Part shown: one piece after another, positions 27,801 through 42,541 of the stretch
How positions within the stretch are numbered: the stretch's first letter is position 1
How the letters are laid out: each line of letters begins with the position of its first letter
NCBI RefSeq assembly: GCF_001194135.2
Contig: NC_068990.1
Location: 88,249,971-88,313,970 of the forward strand
Source of the DNA: Octopus bimaculoides
Taxonomy: Eukaryota
DNA length: 64,000 nt
Direction of reading: 5' to 3'
Notes under the pieces: model-generated
Databases searched by the model: none
What the model was told of the DNA's origin: nothing
Seen by the model: only the letters and a program-made list of their open reading frames with translations
Program-made: the position numbers and the translations under genes

Positions 27801-30418
27801 AATTAACTGAAATTTATTAATGTATACATTTTACCATTCAGTGAATGGTAAAATAATTAAGTTAATGACATGTGCTGGTCATATAATTCAGAAAAGGCGA
27901 AACTTTTCTTTTCTCATCTCACTGAAGATATAATTTTGTTGAATTAAGTTGTGAATGTTCACATTTGCTACATACCTTTATCAATTATCTAGATGAAGAT
28001 GAGAGTAAAAATATATTTGTTTTCCTAGGGAAAAGATGACAAAATCAGTAAAGTGATGTTTCTTGCCATGACTAGACTACTCATATTTAGTTACATTCTT
28101 TTACATTCTGGATTCAAATCCCACCTGGAGACACATCACCTTTCATGCTTCTGAGGTTGATAAAAAAAGCATTAGTTAAATACTGAGTTTCATTCATTTT
28201 TGTGCACCCTCAAACTGCAAAATGTGTGACTTAGCTATCAGGAACAATAATTATAATTATTCTTGTTGAAGGCAGAAGATTGAGAAAATCATTTGAGCAT
28301 CAGGCAAAATGTTTTGTGATATTTGTTCTGGCTTTTGAACTTCTGGGTTCAAATCTGGTTTTTGACCACTTAATCTTTCCAGGACCAATAAGTCAAGAGT
28401 AAAAGTTTATTCTAATCAGCCAATTCCTACCTCAAAGTTTTGGCTTTCATTCTATGTCATAAAATATTACTGTTATTATTTTTTATTGATCTGAATTTTA
28501 CTTTAATTTCAGTCACTGAGGTCCATTTTGTGAAAATAGAAGATGCAATTCTGGATGTATCTGGGAAACTATTGTGGCCTAAGAAAAATGTAACAGCAGA
28601 CGCCTGTGAAAAAAAATGTCTGTCTGACAAAACTTGTTTATCATTTGAAATAAATAAAGGAAGTGGGCAATGTTACTTATCAAAGGAAAGTGCAGCTTCT
28701 TCCAAGAAATTAAAGTCAGCCAAAGGCAGAGATTACTACCAACGAGTGAAACGTAATTATTATTTGGATTTTATTATTGGTCATCTCTTTTCCATTTGTT
28801 ATGAAGTTTATGATTCCATTTATACTTCATAATATATAGACAACCATTTCTGTAAAAACATTGAGAATTTTACCTATGAGGAGAAATGTAAACATGTTCC
28901 TGATAAAAAAAAAAAAAAGAGAAGCAATATTAAGAACTGTATACACTGTTAAAACATTCTGATACAGCATTTATTCAACTTGAATACTTTTCTGCATATT
29001 TTCAGTTGTTTCTTATTTTATGTCAGAAAGGAAGCTGTTGTTCTTAAACTTGAATTGTAGTATTAGTAACACTAGTAGTAGTGACAGTGGCAGCAACAGC
29101 AGAAGTAACTACTTTGACATGATTTACTGCTGGTACAGCACACTGTCTCACCAGGAGTTACTGTTTTACATAATATCACATACAAAATAACAAAGAAATT
29201 CCAGTCTACAGAGTAATGTATTTTCTACATTTTGACATGGTTGTTATGGCTAGATGCCCTTCCTATCACTAGTCGTTACACCACACGAAGAAAGTACATT
29301 TTCTCATGCTGCTAGAATTAGAGAAACTGTTTACCAAGACTAAAGTATTTCCTCAACTTATACAAGTTTCTATTCAAAGTAGTTCCATGGCATTAAAAAC
29401 ATAAGAGCCAGAAAATTTGCTCAGTTTGATCTCAAGGATCTTGTGAATTCAACCTTGAAACCATAATCATTAGGGAAAATTCACTAGGTTTATTGATCTC
29501 AGTATTAAAATGTGCATGCAAGTATGTCATTACTATCATGACAGACCTTTGGGGCCAAAAAGAAAGTTGAGCCATTTCTCTGTATAACTATAAGGAAATG
29601 TAACTAGGCTGGAATGACAGATATTACTGTAATATTTACCTTGGATCCCCTCAAGAAGTTCAAACATGTCATAAAGAGAATAGGAATCTTAAAGAAGTTT
29701 GATTTAGACATAAAGATTACTACTACTCTACATTCAACTAAGTGGACATTATTTTAGAATTGATGTCATGTATCTGGAAAATAAAACTTCTATATAATGC
29801 CTAACAAGGAGAATATATACTTCTATAGGAAATTTGGCTGCAATTCCCAAGCTATAATAAGAAACTTAGTAACTAGCATTACTAAAAGTATCTCGAATTT
29901 ATCTTCAGATAGATATTTTGACAGTAACTTTTCAGTATAAGGTGTTAGTTATGATTGTCTTTTGTGAAAAGTTGGTATAAACAGAGGATCCTCCACTCCC
30001 AAATCCAAAGAGAATTAGAAAGAGAATAACTTTATTTAGTTCTTCCTTTAATGTAACTGTCTGCATGATCATAACAAGAGAAGTTTTGTCCTGTTATACA
30101 TAAGTACCACAAGCTTCTGAATGTGCATTAAGTTAAGGTTCATTACTCCCATCTTGATAATATGATTCCACCATTGTATGTTACCAGAGGCAAACTTTTC
30201 TGTCATCTGGCCTTTGTCCCAGACAATCACTTGAAACTTCCAAAATCTATCTATTTCTTCTCTGAGAGAATTCTACTATTCTAAGACAATGGTTTCAGAG
30301 TAACTTTCATACCTCACCAGATGATTTCCTAATTAATTAAAAGGGAGTCGCAGTCAAGGAAAGTTTTACTCAGCAGATATTCTCATGCTTTATAACATTT
30401 AATAAACATGTGTGTGTT

Positions 30419-30460
<42 letters not shown>

Positions 30461-31565
30461 TGCATGTCTGCATATAAAATGTATTTCTTTTCTTTTCTTC
30501 TTCTAGCTAATGATGAACATTTTGCGCTAAAACAAGTTAGCATACCAAAGCAGGATTCTGTAGGACAACATAAAAATAAGACCTTAATGGAGTGCAATGA
30601 AGCTTGCTACGAATATCAAGGATGTAATTCTTATCAGTACAGCGAGAAAAATAAATTATGTGTTTTGAGTAATATAACTCAGTTGACTGCTGAACTTAAA
30701 CCCAACAGTGGAGATTGGGATGTGTACATAACTAACCCTGGTCAGTAGACTATCTTCATCTTATTTACTGCGTGCATGTGTGTGTGTATAAGAACTGCAA
30801 TGCTGTATGGCAGTGAGACATAGGCCTTGAACACAGAAGACATGAGGAGACTGGAAAGAAATGAATCAAGCATGGTCGATTTGATATGCAAATGTAAGTG
30901 TGCATGTAGGTCATAGTATTGGGTTGGTGCATAATTATTGCGGCTTTTTAACAAAACATCTTTAAATGACGTTGTCACCCTCTGCCAAGCAAATGGGAAG
31001 CAGTAATTGAAGTAGATGGTGAATATGCTCCAGAATAATCATTTAAAGATGTTTTTGTTACATGCTGTTATTGTTTTTGTTGAATAAAATTTGTTGAAAG
31101 AAAAACAGCAATAATTATGCACCAGCCCAATATAAATGTGCTGAATGCAAAACTGGGTTAAAAGTGAAATCAGATGTAGTATCTAAGAAAGAAGACTGGT
31201 TGTATGGATATGCTATGCATATGGATGAATACTGCTGTATAGTGCAGTACTGATAACTAAATATGGGAGGAGCTTGTGGATGAGGCAGGTCTATGAAAAA
31301 TGTATATATGTATGTATGTGCATGTATATNNNNNNNNNNNNNNNNNNNNNNNNNNNNNNNNNNNNNNNNNNNNNNNNNNNNNNNNNNNNNNNNNNNNNNN
31401 NNNNNNNNNNNNNNNNNNNNNNNNNNNNNNNNNNNNNNNNNNATATATATATGTATGTATATGTATATATATGTGTATGTATGTATATGTATGTATGCAT
31501 GTATGTATATATATGTATGTGTATGTATGTATATATGTATGTATGTGTGTATATATCTATATCTA

Positions 31566-31606
<41 letters not shown>

Positions 31607-34600
31607 ATGTCTTTTGTGTCTGTGTTTGCTCCCCCATCACTGCTTGAGAACTGGTGTTGGTGTGTTTGTGTGTCCATAACTTAGAAGTTCAGTAAAAGAG
31701 ACCAGTAAATAAATACTAAGTTTTAAAAATAAGTTCTGGGGTCAATTTGATTAACTAAAAAAACACTTTCAATATTGTGCTCCAGCATGGTTCTACTCAA
31801 ATGATTAAAACAATTGCAAGAATATTAGTGGCTGTCTAGATATGCAAATATATGCATGAGAATACATACATAAAACAAAGCATACAAATCTGCACATGCA
31901 CTGACTCCAAATACTACACACATTTATGCACATATGCAAAAATACTATGGCAATGTTGAAACTTGATTGAAAGAGGCTTATTTCGTGTTTAGAAACTAAC
32001 TCTTTCTCTATTGGTAAGAAATCTTGGAATAAAACTCAACAATGACATACATATACATACACTTACATACATTTGTTATATCCGTGTGCAAATTTCTTCC
32101 ATTTGCTTCACACAACATCTTTTATTGTAACATTGTCATCTCCTCCTTTTCACCTTCTTCTCAACATATATGCAGCACTGATATTTGTTTCTGATATCAT
32201 TTCCAGTTTTTACAAGAGTTAATTGTGGATCACCAAAAGATGTTGTTGGTGCATTCAAGTTGTACAATGCCACCACCTATGAATCTGAAGTGATCTATAC
32301 TTGCTCAGATGGAGAACAACTAAAGTCAGAATGTGAAAAGGACAACAAATGGACCCCTGTTGCATCTGTTTGTAACGGTAACATAAACAGTTTTCTCTTG
32401 TCTCTGTCTATGTAATTTTGTGTAATTTTGTGTCTGAAATTTATTTGGCAGAGGAAGTTTTGCTGATTCCTTAACAATTTCCACTGTGTTTGTGGCCCAT
32501 GGGAGGGAGAGAAGAATCTAGTAGTGTCAGATCACAAGTCATCCCCAAATGCTTGCAACAGAGTGGACATCATTAATTTTATCCAAGGGCCAGTATTAAA
32601 TTGGGTGATGGATTAAAGTCTGCTAACTAAACAGTTGAAATGTAGAAGCTTGTTCCCTAGAGTGGGCTTCCACACAGTTTTCTTTTACCAAATTTTCTTT
32701 ATTTCTGAAGTAAATTTTAAACCATATGCCCTCTTCCCTCTTCCACCATTGTTTCCACCACCACTATTTCCCCTACCAGTGTTTCCCCCGCCCCTGTTAC
32801 TCCCACCACTGTTTCCACCATCACCATTGTTTCCTCCTCCCTTTCAACCTCTCTCACATATCTACCCACCTATCTATAAACAGTATGCCCCTGTTCAATT
32901 CCTTCCTGTCCCACCCCGACACTTCTAGCTCTCTGTCTTTTCAAAATCTTGTGATTCACCCACCTACACATCCTCTCCAATCTCTTCACTATAAACACCA
33001 CCCTGTAACTTGGCCGTACAGCTTCTACCATCTCTGTTGTCACATTTTCATCATTTTTTTCTCATTTTTTTTCTCTCTTTCTCATTCCATAATCCAATAG
33101 AGCTTCCTAATTCATTTTGTTAATCACCCTGGACTCACCAGCTTTGTGAGATCTCTCCAGTGTAGTCTCAAGTTGCAGACAACTAGGTGGTGCTCAGTTG
33201 ACAGCTCTGCTCCCTTCTTCATATAAGTGTCCAATCATGGAATCAGAGAAATCCAAGATGACATCAAGATCTCTCAGTGACCCGTGTCCCACTCAGTGTC
33301 TATTGTTCTAAGTTTATCTCTTCATTCTCTCTCTCTTAATATACAGACAGCATTGGTAAACATCTCAGTTTTCAATTACAGATTATGCACAAATAAACTG
33401 TGGAACTCCAAAAGATATTGCTAATGCATCAAAGTCCTACAAAACTACTACTTATAAATCTGAAGTGACCTATACTTGCCCAAAGGGAGAAAAACTAAAG
33501 TCAACATGTGAAAAGGACAACAAATGGACTCCAGTAGCTTCTGCTTGTAAAGGTAATGTAAGCAGCTTCTTTTTCGTTGTCTCTGTCTAGGTACTAATAT
33601 TTGAACCCCCTAATTTTTTTTTGGGGGGGGCTTATTTTTTTAACTGAATTTTTGATGAAAATGGGTTCCTTATACACGTTAAAAGTTGTTAATTTTGCCC
33701 ATCCAGTATAATTCTGTTGGTCCTTCCAGGGCCTAATTAATTAATTAGCTCTGACCTCAAAGTTTTGGCCTTCTTTTTATGTAAAAAATTAATAGTATTG
33801 TTATTATTTTTCATTCTTCTTAATTTTATTTTGACTCTAGATATTCAGATCCATTTTGTGAAAGTAAAAAATGCAGCCCTGGATGTAACTGAGAAAACAT
33901 TATGGAGTAAGAAAAAAGTAACAGCAGATGCATGTGCTGAAAAATGTTTTTCTGACAAAAAGTGTGTATCATTTGAAATAATTAAAACAAGTGGACTCTG
34001 TTACTTATTAAAAAAAACTGCAGCATCCTCCAAAATAAAAACAGACAAAAGCAGAGATTACTACCAACGAGTAAAATGTAATTATTCTTTGTATTTTATT
34101 ATTGGCATTCACTTTTCCATTTTTTTCTGATATTTTAGTTTCCATTTGTACTTCATAGTATATAGACAGCAATCTCTTTAAAGACATTGAGAGATTTACC
34201 AATAAGGACAGACATGAAAACCTTCCTGGAAAAAAAAAAAAAATTAAAGCAGTACACGGAAGTGTAAATATTGTTAGGGTATTCCCATATTCCCATATGA
34301 CATTTTTTCACGTTGAACATTTGCTTTTATCTTTGATTTTCTTTAACTTGTTTCACTCATTGAAAAGTGGACATGCTGGGGCAATGTCATGAAGGGTTCA
34401 TTTGAAGAAATCAAATCCAGTACTCATTTTTTAAAAACCTGATACTTATTTTTCTGTCTGTTTTGCATGGATATAAACAAGCTAACACCTGTTGTTCACA
34501 GTGGAGGGAGGTCTCTTTCTCTCTCTCTCTCACATGCACACACACACACGTTTGCACGCACACACACATGGTCGCACACACAGGTTTGTGCGCACACACA

Positions 34601-34697
34601 CAGTCGCACACACACGCACTAATAGCTACAGATATATACATGTATGTGTGTTTATATATATGTGTGTGTGTGTATATATGTATATGTGTGTGTGTGT

Positions 34698-34730
<33 letters not shown>

Positions 34731-35414
34731 AATATATATATATATATACACATATATATAATAATAAGTAAAAGCACGATAAATATTATTATATTGTATT
34801 ATATTATACTTATTTATTGTGCTTCTACTTATTAATTTTTCTATATGTGACTGCGGATTCTCATGGATTAGTTCATGAACTTTGGTTCTTTTCTCTAAAA
34901 CTANNNNNNNNNNNNNNNNNNNNNNNNNNNNNNNNNNNNNNNNNNNNNNNNNNNNNNNNNNNNNNNNNNNNNNNNNNNNNNNNNNNNNNNNNNNNNNNNN
35001 NNNNNNNNNNNNNNNNNNNNNNNNNNNNNNNNNNNNNNNNNNNNNNNNNNNNNNNNNNNNNNNNNNNNNNNNNNNNNNNNNNNNNNNNNNNNNNNNNNNN
35101 NNNNNNNNNNNNNNNNNNNNNNNNNNNNNNNNNNNNNNNNNNNNNNNNNNNNNNNNNNNNNNNNNNNNNNNNNNNNNNNNNNNNNNNNNNNNNNNNNNNN
35201 NNNNNNNNNNNNNNNNNNNNNNNNNNNNNNNNNNNNNNNNNNNNNNNNNNNNNNNNNNNNNNNNNNNNNNNNNNNNNNNNNNNNNNNNNNNNNNNNNNNN
35301 NNNNNNNNNNNNNNNNNNNNNNNNNNNNNNNNNNNNNNNNNNNNNNNNNNNNNNNNNNNNNNNNNNNNNNNNNNNNNNNNNNNNNNNNNNNNNNNNNNNN
35401 NNNNNNNNNNNNNN

Positions 35415-35466
<52 letters not shown>

Positions 35467-38400
35467 GTGGTCTGATCAATAAGTGTAGATCTGTGAGTCG
35501 GAGGAAAAAGTTGGAAAGGGCACTTGTCCTTGGTATTCAGGGAGAATTTTGATGGTGGGTTTCCTTGATTATCGCTAGAGGTCCCCTTGTGCCAGGTGAA
35601 CCCGTCATTATCATCTTTTCTGTTTATATATTTTGTCTTTCAGTCATAATCTATGTATACTTCCCTTCTTTTAATGTATACTGTGTATACTTTTCCTTTC
35701 TATCATTCTATTATATGTAAACCCCCCAACATTTTATGTTGGTCTTTGTTTTGTCCCCCTTATCATTTGCCCTGGTGGTAAATAAAAAAAATCATCATCA
35801 TCATCATCATTATTATTATTATTATTAATAGTCATCATCATCATCATTCTTATTATTATTCTAACTGGTAGAATTGTTAGCATGCTGGCTAAATGTTTAG
35901 CAACATTTTATTTATTTCTAAATTCTGAGTTTGAATTCCACTGTGGTGGACTTCGCCTTTCATCCTTTCCATGTTAATAGATTAAGTAGCTGTGAAACAC
36001 TAGGGTTGATGAAATTGACTAGTCCCTCCCTTCAAATTTCAGGCCTTGTTCCCTTAGTAGAAAGAATTATTATCATCCCCTCCCCCAAATTTCAGACCTT
36101 GTGCCTATGGAGAAAGCATTATTATTATTATTATTAAGACTGCGAGCTGGCAGAATCATTTGCATGCCAGGCAAACTGCTCAGGTCGACTTTGCCTTTCA
36201 TTCTTTCAGGGACAATAAATTAAATACCAGTCAAGTACTGGGGTCAGTGTGATCGACTATCTTACTCCCAATAAATCCCAGGCCTTGTGCCTATAGTAGA
36301 AAGGATTATTATTATTAGTCATTATAAGTCATCATCATCATTATTTCATAGATATTTTCAAAATATTAGATAATTATGCAGAAGTACAAATAATTGAAAT
36401 TTTGAATAAAATATGAGAAATCTATCTTGTGCTTTGTTGTATACAGGGACAAACAAATCCATCCACAAAATAGTTTTTCCAGCATAAGACTCCCTTACCG
36501 GAAGTAATGTGAATTCTCGCACATCATGGGATCTGCTTTGAACTTTGCCTCAGAGCTTAGGTTGTAGAATATCCATTAATACATTCTTCTTCCTTGGGTG
36601 TGCTTTTAAGATTGAATAGCCATAACAACACTTAATACATTGGTTGACGACTTGTTTAGGGGAGTGTTGACTCTACAAAATTACAACATTAGAAGAGAGA
36701 TGTATTGTAGAAGTACAAGCCTTGTCAGGAGTCTAAATATTGAGACACGTTTGAAATAAGTCTGAAGACGTTCTACAACTCATATGCATTCTGATTAGTG
36801 TGTCATTTTGTGAATTAATTATTTGTTGATGATAAATTGTCCTTTTAAAAAATTATACCCTGTTTGTTTTACAATATTTATTGTTTGTGTGTTTGGTCGG
36901 GTGGATGAGCATAAAATGTATTTCTTGGTTTCTTTTTCATTTTCCAGCTGACGAGCCCTTGAAGCTTAAGAAAGTTAGCATACCAAAGAAGGTTACTGTA
37001 GAAGAGCTTCAAGATAAGACCTTAAATGAGTGTAATGAAGCTTGTCAAGAATATGAAGGATGTAATTCTTATGAGTACAATGAAAATGATAAACTGTGTG
37101 GTCTAAGCAATGTGATACAGTTGACTGGTGAACTTAAACCCAACAGTGGAAATTGGGATGTCTATCTCATTAGCTCAGGTCAGTAGAGTATTTCTATTTT
37201 ATTTATGTGTGCTTATGTCTATGTGTATTTACATATATCTGCATCTTTGGGAATATATATATATGTATATATATATATATACACGTGGTCTGATCAATAA
37301 GTATCTGAACTGTTCCCATAGTAACAAAGGTAAAGCATGCAGAGTGAGGCCATTTGTCAAAAATTGACCGTGAAATCAGTTATGTATGTGCACTAAGTTT
37401 TAAAATTCTAGTTCACTTCTGCTGTTATAGCAGTGCTTGGAAGGAAGGTGTGTAGCATGTGATTGTTGCATTGACCATGACATAGAAAGTTATCATGGTG
37501 ATACCTATTTAGAGGCCTGCACAAGTTGCAGAACATGTATGGAGAGGAGTGTATGAGTGCACGAGTGGTTCAGATGTTTCCAAGATGGCCAAAAAACATC
37601 GATATTGATGAACATTCTGGGAGACACACAACCAGTAGAACTGAGAAAAACATTGCAGATGTGCATGTAGCTGTGAGGAGAAATCATTGCATCACCATCC
37701 GTGAGTTATTAGAAGACATGCAGATTAATTATAGTTCAGTCTATTATCACTGTTGGTTACATCAAGGTTCTGGAAACAGTTGTCAAGCCCTAGATAGACA
37801 GAGTACACAATGAAAGACTATACGTGTTTCAGCAGGTTCTCTGCACCATCACATAATGCTCAAGAAATCCAGAAATGGATGACTGACAATTTTTGTAACC
37901 ATGTAATTCCTAAAATTTGGCCTCGAAACTCACCAGATCTCAATCCATTGGCCTACTATGTGTGGAGTATTGTTGAAAGAGAGGGGAATCAAGAACCCCT
38001 TAAAACCAAGGATGCTTTGAAAGCCACTGTTATCAGAGTAATGTCTGATATTAATCAGCACCATTTAATTCAGGCATGTGGACAGCTCAGGTTTTGCCGA
38101 AAAGCAGTTATTGATGCTGAAAGTGATTACATATAAAATTATAAGGAAAATAAACTAGTTTATATGTACAAACTTTTCATCCTCCTCCTAACATATAATC
38201 ACCATTGATACCAATTTCTTTTGTCATTTCCAGTTTTTGCAAAAGTTGATTGTGGACCACCAAAAGACATTGCTGGTGCTTCAAAGTCCTATAAAAGCAC
38301 TACCTATAAATCTGAAGTAACCTACACTTGTACAGAAGGAGAAAAATTAAAATCGATATGTGAAGACGACAATAAATGGACTCCATTAGCATCTACCTGT

Positions 38401-41400
38401 AAAGGTAATGTAAAGAGTCTCTCATTTGTTGCTTGTGTCTATGTAATTTTGTTTTATTTTTGTGTTGAGTATTTTTGTCAGAGGAAGAATTGCTGTGTCC
38501 ACGACAATTTCCATTGTGATGGTGGTTGTTGGAAAAGAGAAAAGTTATCCTCAGAGCAAAGAGCACTTCAAATGCTTGCAACAGATTGGGCTTTGTGAGT
38601 GTTACCCAAGGGCCAGGTAATGCAATTAAATCAGGAGAGTGGAATCTTGTACCTTCCTGAAATTTCCATGGAGTTGCCATCAACCAAATTTCATGCACAA
38701 GGCTTAGATGTGGAGCAAATTCTTAAACATGCAGACAGAACTCTACCCAATATCTCATTGTTGTTAAGCAAAACTATTATGTCCACAGTTATACCTCACT
38801 TCATCTTGACATTTTTTCTCTAATTTCTCACTTGACCTTTCTCATCCATACCTTGTTTCATCATCTAGAATTCTGTATACAGTAATCCTTTGCCATATTG
38901 CAGTACACCTATTGTGGTTCACCTATCGCAGTTCACCTATTATTTAAGCTTGTGTTGATTCCTCTGTGGTGTTGCTTTGCATTTATAATAAAACAAATAT
39001 ATATACTAATAATAAAAATTTAAAAAAATCTACAATATAGTACTGTTTCTACTTCACGGATTTTCACCTATTTCAGGGAATTTTGGAACGTAACATCCAC
39101 AATAGTTGAAGAATTACTGTAATACAATGCACTGAGTTCTTCTTTAGTATAATTCAGAATTCAGGACGCTGTACATTTCAGATGAAATAGAAAAGGACAA
39201 AGAAATCTGATGCTTTGCTGTCCTCAAGAAAACGTATCAACCACACCAGATGTTTTAAAAAGGCGAATGAAAAATAAACTGAAGTTAGAAGTCCCTCTCA
39301 TCTGACCTTTGAACCTCATCCACCGCACAACCTCTTTCACTATAGCTGCCAGGCAGAGGAAATTTTGCTTCTTTACTTAGTTAAAGGAGGGTGTGGGGCA
39401 ATCATCATGATGGACTTGACTGATAGACGGATTTGTCACACACACAACAGCTGCCGTTTGACATATCTTTACAAATCAGCAATGCCTGGACAATGAACAT
39501 GTGCATGTAAAACGGTTTTGATGCACTGTGCACATCTTGGACAACACTGATGGCACTTCCATGACTGTAGATTTTACCTTGAACCAATTGACTTCCTTTA
39601 CTTATACTTCCAAGAACTCCAGAAAGTTGTCCATCGTAGTCCCTAATCATAATCCCAGATCAAAAAGATCTTTGAAACAAACTTGGCAATTCATTTTCTT
39701 CAATGCACAGAGCATCCTTGAGAATGGTAAAACTAGCAGTAGTCAAGTACTTAATTTCATTTATTCATATGCATTCTCAATGCAAAATGTGTGGCATTAT
39801 GTTTGTATTATCGTAAATATTGTTAATATCAACAATAATTATGATATTTCTAGTTAAGGGTGCTGTATTCACAGAATCATTAGAGCCTCAGACAAAATGT
39901 ATGGTGGTATTTGTTTTGGCACTTCAGCTTTTGATTCCAAATCCTACTAATGTTAATTTTGCCCTTGTAGGGCCAGTAAATTAAAATAACAGTCAAGTGT
40001 AGAAGCATATTTGATTGATTAACTTCTCCCTAAAATTTTTGTCCTTTCTATATTAGAAATTATTATGATTGTTATTGTTTTTGTTTTTTACATTTGTCTA
40101 AATCTTACTTCAATTCCAGTCGCTGAGTTGCATTTTGTGAAAATCACACATGCAGTTCTGGATGTATCCGGGAAAACATTGGTCAAGGAAAATGTAACCA
40201 CAGATGCCTGTGCAGAAAAATGTTTGGCTGATCCAAATTGTTTAGCATTTGAAATAACTAAAACAGGTGGAAAATGTTACTTAACAAATGAAACTGCAGC
40301 ATCCACGAAGAAAATAAAATCAGACAAAAGCAGAGATTATTACCAACGAATAAAACGTAATTATTCTTGAAATTTTATTATTGGACTTCCTTTCCCTCTT
40401 TTCCTGAAATTTGTAATTCCATTTGTACTTCATAACATAAAAAAAACCATTTCTGTAAATACATTGACAGATTTACCTACAAGGACAGGCAGAGCGTGTT
40501 CCTGAAAAAAGATAAAACAATATTAAGAGCTGTATTCTCATACAGAATTTGTTCACCTTGAACAATTTTATGCATGTTTACAATCCTTTTTTATGTCAGA
40601 AATGAAACTCTCATTGTTTACCTTAAACTTGAATAATTGCATCAGCAGTAGTGGTAGTCGTAATTAGTAGTAGTAGTAGCTTCAAATCTGGGCCAAATGA
40701 CAGCAGATTCAGTCAGTGTTAATCAATACAATTAACCTCAGTTCTTGTCTGGTATTATATTGTATCAGCTCTGAAGCAATGAATAGTGAAGTTGACATCA
40801 GCAGAGTTTGAGCTTAGAATGTAATGAACTAGAAGGAATACCACAATGTGGCATGGTTTATGCACATTATTTCACCACTTGTTGTTCTTCATAATCTGAT
40901 ACACAAAATGTTATAGTGGAAATGGTACACCCTCTCCTGAAGGACAAGTGGTATGAGCAGCCACTATAAAGTGAGATGACATCAACCAGTACAGAGAATT
41001 GTGTCAGTCATTGTAGAGTCATTGTACAAGTTCCCGATTGAAGTTAAGTGTTAGTTACATGTCATAGTTGAGTTTGAGTCACAAGTCAAGGTAGATAGTT
41101 TAAATTCAGTGTTTTGCAGAGCTATCAGTGGTAACATGATAGACAAAATGGTGTATTAATATTCTGGCATAGAAGTAATACACTGTATATGATACCAAGA
41201 AAATATCGTGGCTACTTGAGTAGTTACACAGTCACAACAGTAGCAACACATTATAACTGCGGAAAACACCACATCATAACACAACATAACAGGAAAAGAG
41301 ATGCCAGTCAATGAAGTTGCATATCTCCTATATATTAGCATTGTTATTAGGGCTGGATAACCCTTCTATCACCAACTATTATACCACATATAAAGAGTAC

Positions 41401-42493
41401 ATTTTACCATGCTTTTGGAGGTAGAAAAGTTGTTTGCAGTAACCAAAGAAACCACTCAACATAAAATAAGTTCCTATTCATGATAGTTCTATGATTTGAA
41501 AACAAAATGTTTTACAATTTCACCCACTTTGATTAGAAGGATTTTTTTTTTTTCCTATCAAAATCCTTCCTTCTTAAAACCCTGGACATCAGGGGAAATT
41601 TACTAAGTGCAGTGATTTCTCAGTATATATATATGAGGAACTATAATTGGTCCAAAGCCACAGACTCCTCTGTGGTATTCTGGGTACCTTAATAAATTCA
41701 AACACATTTAAGGTTCAGATTTATACAGAGACAGTTGTCTAGCAATTTTATATCATGTGAATAGCCATGTCATTTGAATTTGAACTTTTTTGTTTTCATG
41801 ATTTTACTTTTTACATACTCTTTTGAATAATCCCACGTTGCATCATCGTGTACCATCTCCAATTTTTAGCTAATTCTTAGTGATAAATAAACAAACATTA
41901 CTACTACTACTACTACTACTTTATATATTGAAAATATTAGATAGATGCAATGATGTACCATGTATCTGAAATTTGTTTTAAAATTTTGGAAAGCTGTCTG
42001 TGTCAGTATTTTTTATATGGACAGTTTATTATAAAACCACAATGTATCCTCAAATTATTAATAGTTTTTAGCATAAGACACTCTCATGTGAATTCTGGTA
42101 TATCATGTGACATATTCAAAACAAATTATGCACCATACATTATGTAATATTCAATGTATGAGTTTAAGAATGTATATTTTGTTCTCTTTTTTTTCTCCAG
42201 CAACTGATGAAATTATTAAATTTAAAAGCACCATGATACCAGGAGAGGATACTTTTGAACGACTGAATAATGTGAGCTTAAAGAAGTGTGCTCAAGCTTG
42301 TCATCAAAATTCGAAATGTAATTCTTATGAGTACCATGAAAAATCTAAGTTCTGTGATCGAAGTAATGTGACTCACTTGACTCATGAACTTCAACCTACC
42401 ATATGGGGTTGGGATATTTATGTCATTAACCCAGGTCAGTGGTATTTGCAGTTTAGTTTCTGTCTGTGTTTGCATGTGTTAGTGTGTATTGTC

Positions 42494-42541
<48 letters not shown>

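Noticed and set aside
32635-33100. Proline-rich ORF with PPLF repeats
   Set aside because: It derives from a short ccaccactgttt-type simple repeat next to probable decayed LINE sequence. It has no splice sites, no ATG start and no counterpart in unit 10.
34904-35414. Exon hidden in the largest assembly gap
   Set aside because: The A-B-C order is complete on both sides of every gap, so no exon is required. It cannot be fully excluded without long reads.
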